Of a DNA stretch of 64,000 nucleotides, positions 40,969 through 49,196 are shown piece by piece. The notes beneath the pieces were generated by a model, which worked only from the letters and a program-made list of their open reading frames with translations, was not told where the DNA came from and ran no database searches. Position numbers and translations under genes: made by a program. The DNA comes from an uncultured Chloroflexia bacterium (GTDB lineage Bacteria; Chloroflexota; Limnocylindria; Limnocylindrales; CSP1-4): contig OY970149.1 of assembly GCA_963706095.1 (NCBI GenBank), positions 2,179,398-2,243,397 of the forward strand, written 5' to 3'. How positions within the stretch are numbered: position 1 is the stretch's first letter; each line of letters opens with the position of its first letter.

Positions 40969-42698
40969 TCGACGATACCCAGCGGCGCATCGGCTCCGAT
41001 GCGCCGCTGGACCTCGCTGCGCCTGATCTTGAGCGTGTGCGTCCGGGGGAAGTCGGCCTCCGGATAGATCCGGAAGTCGTCAAGGCGCTGATGCTGGCTG
41101 AGCCGGTCGTTCGCACTGCGGATGAGCGGCTCAATTCGTTTCCGGAGCGCAGCCATCTCCTCGGGCGTCTGGGGGGCCGGGGGCGCGGGCAGGTTGGGCG
41201 TGATCATCGGCGGCGCATCGGGGGAGAGGACGATCGCCTCGATCCGACCCGGCGACGTCTCGAGCACAACAGCCTGCTCCAGACCGAGGTCGGCGAGCAC
41301 GTTCTCGATGTCTTCCGGATAGACGTTCAGGCCGTTGGGCAGCACGATGATGTTCTTGGTGCGGCCCATCAGAACCAGGTTGCCGCGCTTGTCGAAGCGA
41401 CCCACGTCGCCGGTGCGGTACCAGCCGTCGTCGGACTTGGCCGCCTTCGTGGCTGCCTCGTCCTGCCAGTAGCCCTCGAAGACGGTCGGGCCACCGACCA
41501 GGATCTCGTTCGTACCCGCCTCCAGGCGCACCTCGACAGGCTCGGTCCGCTTGCCGACCGTTGCCCGCGGGTGGTCGTTGACGCGCGTCGCCGCCGCAGG
41601 CCCGCACTCAGTCGCGCCATAGCCCTGGAGGACGATGATGCCCAGGTCCTCCCACTTCTCCTGCAGCGCCGGCGGCAGGTAAGCACCGGCGGACACCATC
41701 AGGTTGAGCGAACCGCCCAGCTGGGCGTGGATCCGACGGAAGAGCAGGCGGCGCGCCCAGTAGGGCAGGTACCTGGCGACCCTTCGCGCCCGATTGAACG
41801 TCCGATCCTTGCCCTGGCGCTTGATCTCGCGCTCGAGCCCGATCCAGAAGATCTCGAGCAGCTGCGGCACGAGCACCATCGTGGTGACGCGCTCTTCGCG
41901 AAGGGCATCGAAGATCACGCGCGGCGTGCGCGAGCGGACGAAGAGGATGTGCGCACCGATCATCGTGCCGAACATCAGCACCGGCGCCTGCTCGAACAGG
42001 TGCGACGGCGGCAGCAGGCTGACAGTCCGGTGCTCCCGTGGCGGCAGGATCTTGGCGATCGCCTCGAGCGTGGACAGGAGAGTGCCGTGCTTGAGCATCA
42101 CGCCCTTGGGCACGCCCGTTGTCCCGGAGGTGTAGATGACCTCGAAGAGCGTGTCCCTCGTGGGCCGCTCCCACCCATCAACCTGCTGCTCCCAGTCTTC
42201 GGGGAACGGGTCGTCGTCGCCGCCTTCGTCGGTGCCCGCGGCGTTCTGGTGGGCGGGCTCTGATGCAAGCCACTCCACAGTCCTGATGCCGACATGTTCG
42301 AGGCCCGCGGTCTGGGCGTCGGGCGCGTCGAGGCCCGTGCCGATGGCCAGCCACTGCGCGCCGGCGCCTTCGGTGATGCGCTGGATCACGTCCGGGGCCA
42401 TACGCAGGTCGAGCGGCACGACCACGGCGCCGGCGCGCGCCGCGCCGAAATACACACTCGGCAAAGCCGGCGTCGACGGGCTCCAGGTCAGCAGGCGATC
42501 ACCGGGCTTGATGCCCAGCGCGCGCAAGCGCCACGCGACGAGCTTCGAGTGGCGGTTGATGTCGGCCGCCGTCCACTCCAGCTCGCGCCCCTCGTCGGTG
42601 CGCAGTGCCATCTGCTCGCGGCCGGCGTAGCGGCGCGCCGCATCCTCGATCAGATCGATCAGCGAATCGAAATCCCTCGGATCAGGCAGCTCCCACAT
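40965..42698 (-). CDS. AMP-dependent synthetase/ligase (long-chain acyl-CoA synthetase-like)
   Basis: AMP-binding motif YTSGTTGVPKGV, GYGATE and WYRTGDVGRFD..G.L.L.GRTK. Confidence 0.9.
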   Translation of the reverse strand: MWELPDPRDFDSLIDLIEDAARRYAGREQMALRTDEGRELEWTAADINRHSKLVAWRLRALGIKPGDRLLTWSPSTPALPSVYFGAARAGAVVVPLDLRMAPDVIQRITEGAGAQWLAIGTGLDAPDAQTAGLEHVGIRTVEWLASEPAHQNAAGTDEGGDDDPFPEDWEQQVDGWERPTRDTLFEVIYTSGTTGVPKGVMLKHGTLLSTLEAIAKILPPREHRTVSLLPPSHLFEQAPVLMFGTMIGAHILFVRSRTPRVIFDALREERVTTMVLVPQLLEIFWIGLEREIKRQGKDRTFNRARRVARYLPYWARRLLFRRIHAQLGGSLNLMVSAGAYLPPALQEKWEDLGIIVLQGYGATECGPAAATRVNDHPRATVGKRTEPVEVRLEAGTNEILVGGPTVFEGYWQDEAATKAAKSDDGWYRTGDVGRFDKRGNLVLMGRTKNIIVLPNGLNVYPEDIENVLADLGLEQAVVLETSPGRIEAIVLSPDAPPMITPNLPAPPAPQTPEEMAALRKRIEPLIRSANDRLSQHQRLDDFRIYPEADFPRTHTLKIRRSEVQRRIGADAPLGIVD

Positions 42699-42753
42699 CG
42701 CGCCGCGAGTCTATTGCCAGATCGGCCCCGCTGGTACCGTCGGCGGCACCGTC

Positions 42754-43908
42754 ATGTCGCTGCTCGTCACGGTCCGCGTCTGGCTCATCCGCTTGGTGTA
42801 CGCGCTCGCGCGCCGCTCCAGGCTGCGCCAGCGAGTCGTCCTGGCCGCCTCGAATCGGAAGCGGATCGACGGCAACCTGTCCGCCATCCGGCGCGAGCTC
42901 GAGCGCCGCACCCCGCCAATTCCGTCGGTCGCGATCGCGTACCGCCCGCCGCCCGGTCTCCTCGGACTTATCGGCACCATGCTCAACGACATTCGCACGA
43001 CGCGACTGCTGGCCACGGCGCGCGTGTTCGTCCTCGACGACTACTGCCTGCCCGTGTACGTTGTCAAGCGCCGAGCAGGGACGCGCGTCATCCGCGTGGG
43101 CCACGCCATCGGCCCTGGCCGCCGCTGGGGCTACGGCAATGCCGAACGCACCGAGTCGACCAGTGCAGCCCTGATGCGCCAGGTCGAGGTCCACTCCAAC
43201 TACGACTTCTGCCTCCTCGGCTCGCGCAACGGGATCGCCTCGTACGCCGAGGCGACCCGAACGCCCGTCGACCGTTTCGTGACCGACATCGGCATGCCGC
43301 GCACGGACGTGTTGCTCGACACGGACCGGCATGCCGCCGCGCTGGACCGCGTTCGTGCTCGGTATCCGCTGTTGGTCGGCCGCAAGGTCGTCCTGTATGC
43401 GCCCACATACCGCCGCGTCGGCCGCCAGGCGTCGCACGACGACCTCCTCGACCTCGGCTTGCTCGCGCGCAAGTTGAGCGATGACTGGCTGCTCGCCGTC
43501 CGGCGTCACCCGGGAACCCGCGAGGCGCTCTCCTTGCCGTCAGTGGCGCAGGATGTCGTGCTCGACGTGTCGGACTACCCAGAGGTCAACGAGCTGTTGC
43601 TGGCGACCGACGTCCTGGTGACCGACTATTCCACGGTCGTCTACGACTACGCCCTCCTGGGGCGGCCGATCGCGTTCTTCACGCCCGACCACGAGCGCGT
43701 TGCCGAGCGCCACGGCTTCTTCGTTGACTTCACGACGGAGGGCATCGGCCCGACGTTTGACAGCACCGACAAACTCGCGGAGTGGCTTGCCGCAGCAGAT
43801 TTCGACGGGGAACGGGTCCGGGCATTCGGTCGGCGCTGGCTGGATGTGGCGGATGGACACGCGTCGCAAAGGTTCGTTGACCGGCTCGTGGTGCCGGCAC
43901 TCGATTGA
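42754..43908 (+). CDS. CDP-glycerol/alditol-phosphate glycerophosphotransferase family protein (TagF/TagB-like)
   Basis: VLYAPTYR and ..LLLATDVLVTDYSTVVYDYALLGRPIAFFTPD.. are hallmark Glyphos_transf motifs. Confidence 0.8.
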   Translation: MSLLVTVRVWLIRLVYALARRSRLRQRVVLAASNRKRIDGNLSAIRRELERRTPPIPSVAIAYRPPPGLLGLIGTMLNDIRTTRLLATARVFVLDDYCLPVYVVKRRAGTRVIRVGHAIGPGRRWGYGNAERTESTSAALMRQVEVHSNYDFCLLGSRNGIASYAEATRTPVDRFVTDIGMPRTDVLLDTDRHAAALDRVRARYPLLVGRKVVLYAPTYRRVGRQASHDDLLDLGLLARKLSDDWLLAVRRHPGTREALSLPSVAQDVVLDVSDYPEVNELLLATDVLVTDYSTVVYDYALLGRPIAFFTPDHERVAERHGFFVDFTTEGIGPTFDSTDKLAEWLAAADFDGERVRAFGRRWLDVADGHASQRFVDRLVVPALD

Positions 43909-44753
43909 TCAACGCCGGTTTCGTCGGCGCCGAGGAGGGCGTCCGCTTTCGATATCCGCGCATCTTTGCCCAGGTCCTGGCGGCTGAGCCCCACCAGCGC
44001 CGGCTCGAGATCGTCGATCTGGGAAGCGCCGCGGGGACGATCGGCAGCTGGTTGGTCGGCCGCGACCCGCGCTTCAGCGTGACCGGTGTAGATCTCGACC
44101 CACACCTTGTTGCCGACGCCAACCTGATTGCGGACCGTGGCAGCGGCGCCATCCATTACGTGCAGGGCGACGTGACGCGGCGACTGCCCTTCGACGATGG
44201 ATCTGTCGATGGAGTGGTCCTCCATCGCCTCCGCGACAGCATCGTCGATCGAGGGGACCGGACGTCGCTGACCGCGGAGATCGCGCGCATCGTGCGCCTT
44301 GGCGGCCTGGTCTCGCTGCTGGAGGACATGCTCGTCTTCCCGAGCGAGCGCGAAGGAGCCTGGTATGCCGAGCGCTACCAGATCCACCGACGAATCCTGG
44401 AGCTGCTGCTCGAGCAGGGTCGCCCCGGCCTCGACGCGTACGCGACGTGGCTAGCCGATCCCGACGCGGCCCTGCTCATGTCGCTGCGCTCTCCTGGCGG
44501 CAGCAAGGTCGACGACACCGCGTGGCTCGGCAACGAGCACGAGCTGGCCGAACAGATCGCCGGTGGCCTGGTCCGACTGCGCGGCATCGGCATCCATCAG
44601 ACGGTCAAGCGAGTACAGGCGGACTTCAGGTCACACGGACTCCAGGTGCGGCGGCGCTGGCGGGTAGGGATTCCCGAGCCAGCGCCGCGGCTGGGTCATG
44701 CCACGGTCATGAAGGGCCTTCTTTTTCGGCGAGTCGATCCGCCAGCAGCCTGA
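43905..44753 (+). CDS. Class I SAM-dependent methyltransferase
   Basis: Motif I IVDLGSAAGT, post-I/II ..YVQGDVTR.. and ..VDGVVLH... The 3' end overlaps the convergent gene by 47 nt. Confidence 0.7.
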   Translation: MINAGFVGAEEGVRFRYPRIFAQVLAAEPHQRRLEIVDLGSAAGTIGSWLVGRDPRFSVTGVDLDPHLVADANLIADRGSGAIHYVQGDVTRRLPFDDGSVDGVVLHRLRDSIVDRGDRTSLTAEIARIVRLGGLVSLLEDMLVFPSEREGAWYAERYQIHRRILELLLEQGRPGLDAYATWLADPDAALLMSLRSPGGSKVDDTAWLGNEHELAEQIAGGLVRLRGIGIHQTVKRVQADFRSHGLQVRRRWRVGIPEPAPRLGHATVMKGLLFRRVDPPAA

Positions 44754-45384
44754 TCAGCGACCAGTCGTCGCTGGTCGTCAGCTTGACGTTCCACGGCTCC
44801 GACTCGACCAGCTCGACGCTTTCCCCGGCCAGGTGAAGGAGCCCGAGGACTCCGGTCTCGTCACTGGCCGCTGGGGCGGCGAGGCCGCGCTTGATCGACT
44901 CGAGCGAGAAACAGATCGGCTTCGAGAGCAGGTACAGGGGTTCGTCGTACCGCGCGGGCTCACCGTCGCCGCGGATCACCTCGTCGTGGGTCCGCAGGAC
45001 CGCCGCGGCGGCACTCCCGTTTGCCTCGGCCCGCGCGACGACCCGACGGCACAGGTCTGCGGTGACCAGTGGATGAGCTACGTCCAGAACGACGATCGTG
45101 GGCGCGCGGGCGGCAGCCAGCAGCAACCTAAATGTCTGGGCGCGGCTGTTGCCGCCCGCAATCACCCGCGCTCGCTCGCCGACGAGCCTCTCAGCGCGCT
45201 CGACGTCCTCGGGCTGCACCGCCGCGATGACCGAGCCACCTGAGTCGCAGCCGACGCCGACCATGCGTTCGAGCAACGTTTCGCCGCGCAACTGGAGGAA
45301 CGCCTTGGGCCCCGCCTCGAGTCGCTCGCCCCGCCCGGCCGCCAACAAGAGCACTTCGATCTCGGGTACGTCGATCTCAGGCAC
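44707..45384 (-). CDS. IspD/TarI-family nucleotidyltransferase (sugar-/alditol-phosphate cytidylyltransferase-like)
   Basis: VLLLAAGRGERL..KAFLQLRGETLLERMV, ..GGNSRAQT.. and C-terminal NVKLTTSDDW match the IspD fold pattern. Confidence 0.75.
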   Translation of the reverse strand: MPEIDVPEIEVLLLAAGRGERLEAGPKAFLQLRGETLLERMVGVGCDSGGSVIAAVQPEDVERAERLVGERARVIAGGNSRAQTFRLLLAAARAPTIVVLDVAHPLVTADLCRRVVARAEANGSAAAAVLRTHDEVIRGDGEPARYDEPLYLLSKPICFSLESIKRGLAAPAASDETGVLGLLHLAGESVELVESEPWNVKLTTSDDWSLIRLLADRLAEKEGPS

Positions 45385-45421
45385 CGGGGCACACTACAGC
45401 GCACCCGTGCTCGCCGAGTGC

Positions 45422-46198
45422 CTATGACAGCGCGGCGAACTCCTCGTCCGTGAGCTCGATGTCGAGCGCGGCGATGTTCTCCCGGGCATGGGCAAGAGAG
45501 AGGGTGCCTGGGATGGGCAGCATGGCTGGTGATCGGTGGAGCAGCCAGGCCAGCTTGATCTGTGTCTCCGTGGCGCCGTGCACTTGCGCGATCGATGCCA
45601 GCCCCGACCGATCGCCGTGCAGCGGATAGAACGGCACGAAAACGATGCCCTCGCGTTCGCAGCAGTCAACTACGTCGTCGTGGCCGCGCGAGCTGAGGTT
45701 GTACTGGTTCTGGACGGCGGCGATTGGCAGGACTCGGCGCGCCTGCTCGACTTGATCGACCGTCACATCGGAGATGCCTACAGCACCGATCCGCCCGGCG
45801 TCCACGTACTCGCGCACCACCTCCAAGGACGTCTCCAATGGCGTCTGCGGATCGACGCGATGGAGATACCAGAGCGGAATGTGGTCGGCCTGCAGCCGGC
45901 GCAAGCTCTGGTCGATCTGCGCGCGCAGGATCTCGGGTCGACCCTCACCGGCACGGTAGCCACCCTTCGTGGCGACGACACACGACGCCGGAAGGCTCGA
46001 GCCGCCGCCAAGGGCGGCGCCGATTGTCTGTTCGCTGTCGCCGCCGGTATATAGATGCGCCGTGTCGATCACGCCCACGCCCGCCTCGGCGACGCTCTTG
46101 ATGAACGTCACGTTGGCGGACGTGTTCGTGAGCCTGTTGGTGCCAAGGCCCATCCTTGGCACCTCGAGGCCAGCGAAACGAATGGTCTTTGGGTGCAA
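45422..46198 (-). CDS. Aldo/keto reductase
   Basis: ..MGLGTNRL..VIDTAHLYTGGDSEQTIG.. and ..IPGTLSLAHARENIAAL.. are typical AKR motifs. Confidence 0.88.
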   Translation of the reverse strand: MHPKTIRFAGLEVPRMGLGTNRLTNTSANVTFIKSVAEAGVGVIDTAHLYTGGDSEQTIGAALGGGSSLPASCVVATKGGYRAGEGRPEILRAQIDQSLRRLQADHIPLWYLHRVDPQTPLETSLEVVREYVDAGRIGAVGISDVTVDQVEQARRVLPIAAVQNQYNLSSRGHDDVVDCCEREGIVFVPFYPLHGDRSGLASIAQVHGATETQIKLAWLLHRSPAMLPIPGTLSLAHARENIAALDIELTDEEFAALS

Positions 46199-46203
46199 CC
46201 CGC

Positions 46204-47794
46204 TCAGGTGGGTTCGGGCGATGCAGGCTCGAGCGAGGGTGCCTCCGAGGCTTCGGGGCTCTCGCTTGCCGCCGGCGATTCGGAGGCCTCGGGGCTTTCG
46301 GAGGCCTCCGGGCTCTCAGAGGCAGCTGGGCTCTCCGATGCTGAAGGACTTTCCGATGCTGCGGGACTCTCCGATTCTTCAGGACTTTCTGACGCGGCCG
46401 GACTTTCCGTAGCGGCAGGGGACGCGGGGACTTCGGCCCCGACATCGCACGCGACGACCTGGCCGGCCGGCGTTTCGCTCGGCCCGGACGAATTGATGGC
46501 CACGTACAGCAGACCGTCGGGTCCGAATGCGAGGCCGTACGGCGTCGGCAGGCCAGGCACGATGCTCGTGGCAGCGCCGCCGGCGGTGCCGCTAGCCACG
46601 TCACCGGGCGCCGGCGGCGTGACCGCGAAGTCGGTCGAGAATTCGCTCGCGTAGATCGTGCCGCCAGAATTCGGCAACGCCGGTGACCATGCCCAGGCCG
46701 GTCAGGGCGTCGGTGACCGCGCTGTCATCGGCCACGTGGACGACCTTCGCGGAGCCGGGAACTGCCCACAGCATGCCGCCCGTCAGGTAGCCAACGAAGA
46801 CGCCTCCGGCGGGATCGGCCGTCACATCGGTCGGAACCGGGTCGACTTCAGGCAGGTCACCGCGGGCCGGGTTCGGCGTGTCACCTGGCGAAGGCAGGCC
46901 GGGGAACACGGTCACCAACGCGAGCGCGCCCGAGGCGGGATCGAGGCTGTACAGCGAGTTGCCGCCGGAGTCGGCGATGTACAGCAGGCCGTCTGTGCCC
47001 ATGGCCATGCCGCCGACGTTGCTGTCGAGCGCATGCGGATCGGGATTGTTGGCGACCTCGTACTCACCGATGTTGGCGAGGTTGGTGACAGTGCCGGCAC
47101 TGTCGACGCTCACCACGGAGTTGGCGTTGCCCGCTGCGGTGAAGAGCGCGACGCCGGGGCCGGGCCCACCGATCGATACGTAGACCGTTCCATCCTCGGC
47201 GACAGCTACGTCGGCAGGTCCGACGACCTCAGGGCCGAAGTTGTAGGAGGTGAGCCCGTCGACCAGGATTGCCTGGGTGCCATCCGCCGTAACGGCGGTC
47301 ACGCGGCCGGTGTCGCCGTGTGTGGCAACCGGCTCCGGGCTGCTAGCCGGGCTGGCGTCTGGGCTGGCTGCGGCGCTGGAGTCGGGACTCGCTGCAGTGC
47401 TGGCATCCGGGCTCGCGCCGGGGCTGCTCGAGGGTTCAGTCGGGAAGTCTGGCTCTTCACCGCCCAGGCCGGCTTCCGCGATGTACAGCGTTCCGTCGCT
47501 GCCGAAGCTGATGCCGCGCGGGTTCAGGAGCTCGCTCGCGACGACTGTGCACGAGCTTGGCATGCCGCTCGCTCCGGGCGAGGCGGACTCACTGGCGGCT
47601 GCGCTTGGCGAGGCATCCGTCCCGGGCGAAGCCGACGGTGCGGACGACGATGGCGCGCTGGACGCCGGCGCGCTGGGGGTTGACGGAGTTGCGGATGCGC
47701 ACGAGGCGAAGACGAGTGCCGCGCAGGAAACGAGCGCAGAGGCGATCACCTCTATTCGCAGAGCGGGCGGTCGCGGTTGACCGGACTGGGACAT
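46204..47794 (-). pseudogene. ScyD/ScyE-like beta-propeller lipoprotein, split by a +1/-1 frameshift near 46672-46690 (pseudogene or sequencing error)
   Basis: Track ORFs 46601-47794 and 46204-46677 are contiguous parts of one protein. The homology-like sequence ..ALTGLGMVTGVA stops in one frame and continues as LPNSGGTIYASEFSTDF.. in another. The out-of-frame tails are Arg-rich junk. N-terminal lipobox VFASC. Motifs NPRGISFGSDGTLYIAEAGLGG and DGLLYIADSGGN. Confidence 0.65.
46240..46415 (-). repeat. Coding 18-nt tandem repeat (SPAASE/SPEASE units) in the C-terminal tail of the ScyD/ScyE-like gene
   Basis: Translates as ESPAASESPEESESPAASESPSASESPAASESPEASESPEASESPAASESPEASE. Confidence 0.9.
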
Positions 47795-47948
47795 GACCTA
47801 CTCCTGACCTTCTCCTAAGGTTTGACTGAAACGGAAACCCTCGCCAGCGACGCCTAAAGCCCGGTCGGTACTCGGCACCCATAGCCTCTACTCGACGTTG
47901 CGGCCGCCCTGAAGGCAGCCGATCTCCAGGACGGAGCCTCGCTCTTGT

Positions 47949-48187
47949 CCCGCTGAGCGGGTCATTCGTCGGCCGAGCGGTTGTGTCCCGCTGAGCGGGT
48001 CATTCGTCCGCTGGGCAGCCCTCCGCGGCCGTCCGCCGGCCTCCCGCTTTCCCAAACCGGGCGATCTCACCCACTACGCCGCATAAAGGTGCGGGCTTTC
48101 GGCCTTGAACGGGCCCTGAGGGGCTCGAATCGGTCGTTCGACCGCCATGTGTAAGGCTTCGCCGGACGAATCACCCGCTGAGCGGGT
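47949..48187. repeat. REP/REPIN-like locus 2: forward copies 47949-47972 and 47987-48010, reverse copy 48163-48187
   Basis: CCCGCTGAGCGGGTCATTCGTC(G/C)G occurs twice, and CGGACGAATCACCCGCTGAGCGGG once in inverted orientation. This is the same unit as at 3931-4276. Confidence 0.8.
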
Positions 48188-48429
48188 TAGAGGGGTCTCG
48201 CGGGAGCAGCCGGTGACCTCGCGGGGGGCAGCGCGGCGTCGCGGGACGGCGCAGGCGTGGCGGGCTCCCCGATTGCGGCCAACCGTCGTGGCGGATAGAC
48301 TGCGGCGGCCCTGGCGCGGGTGTTGCTCCGATGTGGAGAACAAATTCTTCCCGTGCCGCACCCCTGTTCGGACCCCGGCGCCGTGCATGTGATGGGCTGT
48401 GAAGCTTGCCGGCGGGAGGTGATTCCGGA

Positions 48430-48609
48430 TTGGCTGAAGTCCGCGTAGGAGAAAACGAGACCTTCGAGAGTGCCCTGCGGCGCTTCAACAAGAAGATCCA
48501 GCAGAGTGGCATTCTGGCCGAGGCTCGCCGACGCGAGCACTATGAGAAGCCCAGCGTCAAGCGCAAGCGCAAGGAAGCGAAGCGCAAGAAGGCCGCCCGC
48601 TCGGAGTAG
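48430..48609 (+). CDS. rpsU: 30S ribosomal protein S21
   Basis: [47 protein letters not shown] is canonical S21. The TTG at 48430 follows GGGAGGTGA. An alternative upstream TTG lies at 48406. Confidence 0.9.
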   Translation: MAEVRVGENETFESALRRFNKKIQQSGILAEARRREHYEKPSVKRKRKEAKRKKAARSE

Positions 48610-48699
48610 CCGGACTGCCGACGTCGCCGTCGTCGGAACCGCTACCCACCCAGCCGGCGTCCACCACGGGTGATGCTCCACCCAAGGAACGCCATTTCG

Positions 48700-49170
48700 G
48701 TGACTCTCTCAAGTAGGCTCCAGGAAGACCTGACCGCCGCCATCCGCGATCGTGACGAGCTGCGTCGCGACACACTGCGGATGGTGATTGCGGCTGCCTA
48801 CAACGTGTCCAAGCAGGCCCGGCGCGATTTGACCGACGACGAGGTGGCACAGGTGCTGACGCGTGAAGTCAAAACGCGCCAGGAGTCGGTCGAGGTCTAC
48901 ACGGCCGCCGGCCGCGACGAACCTGCGGCGAAGGAGAAGGCTGAGATCGAGATCATCCGCGCCTACCTGCCCGAGCAACTCGACGGGGGGCAGCTCGAGA
49001 GCCTCGTCAAGCAGGCCGTCGACGAAAGCGGCGCGACCTCTGCGCGCGATATGGGCAAGGTCATGGCCGTGCTGATGCCCAAGGTCCGCGGCCGAGCCGA
49101 CGGCAAGCTGGTCTCCGCGCTGGTCGCCCAGGAGCTCGCCCGGCGCGATCTGGCCGAGCACAGCCACTAG
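48700..49170 (+). CDS. yqeY: GatB/YqeY domain-containing protein
   Basis: LQEDLTAAIRDRDELRRDTLRMV.. and ..MGKVMAVLMPKVRGRADGKLVSALV.. give the YqeY pattern. Conserved position after rpsU. The GTG at 48700 is preferred. Confidence 0.85.
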   Translation: MTLSSRLQEDLTAAIRDRDELRRDTLRMVIAAAYNVSKQARRDLTDDEVAQVLTREVKTRQESVEVYTAAGRDEPAAKEKAEIEIIRAYLPEQLDGGQLESLVKQAVDESGATSARDMGKVMAVLMPKVRGRADGKLVSALVAQELARRDLAEHSH

Positions 49171-49196
49171 CCGCGGCGTTAAGGAACAGCGACAGC

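Noticed and set aside
40680-42263. 527-aa ORF on the plus strand
   Set aside because: It is antisense to the AMP-dependent ligase, which has the clear YTSGTTGVPKGV motif. Arg-rich junk translation.
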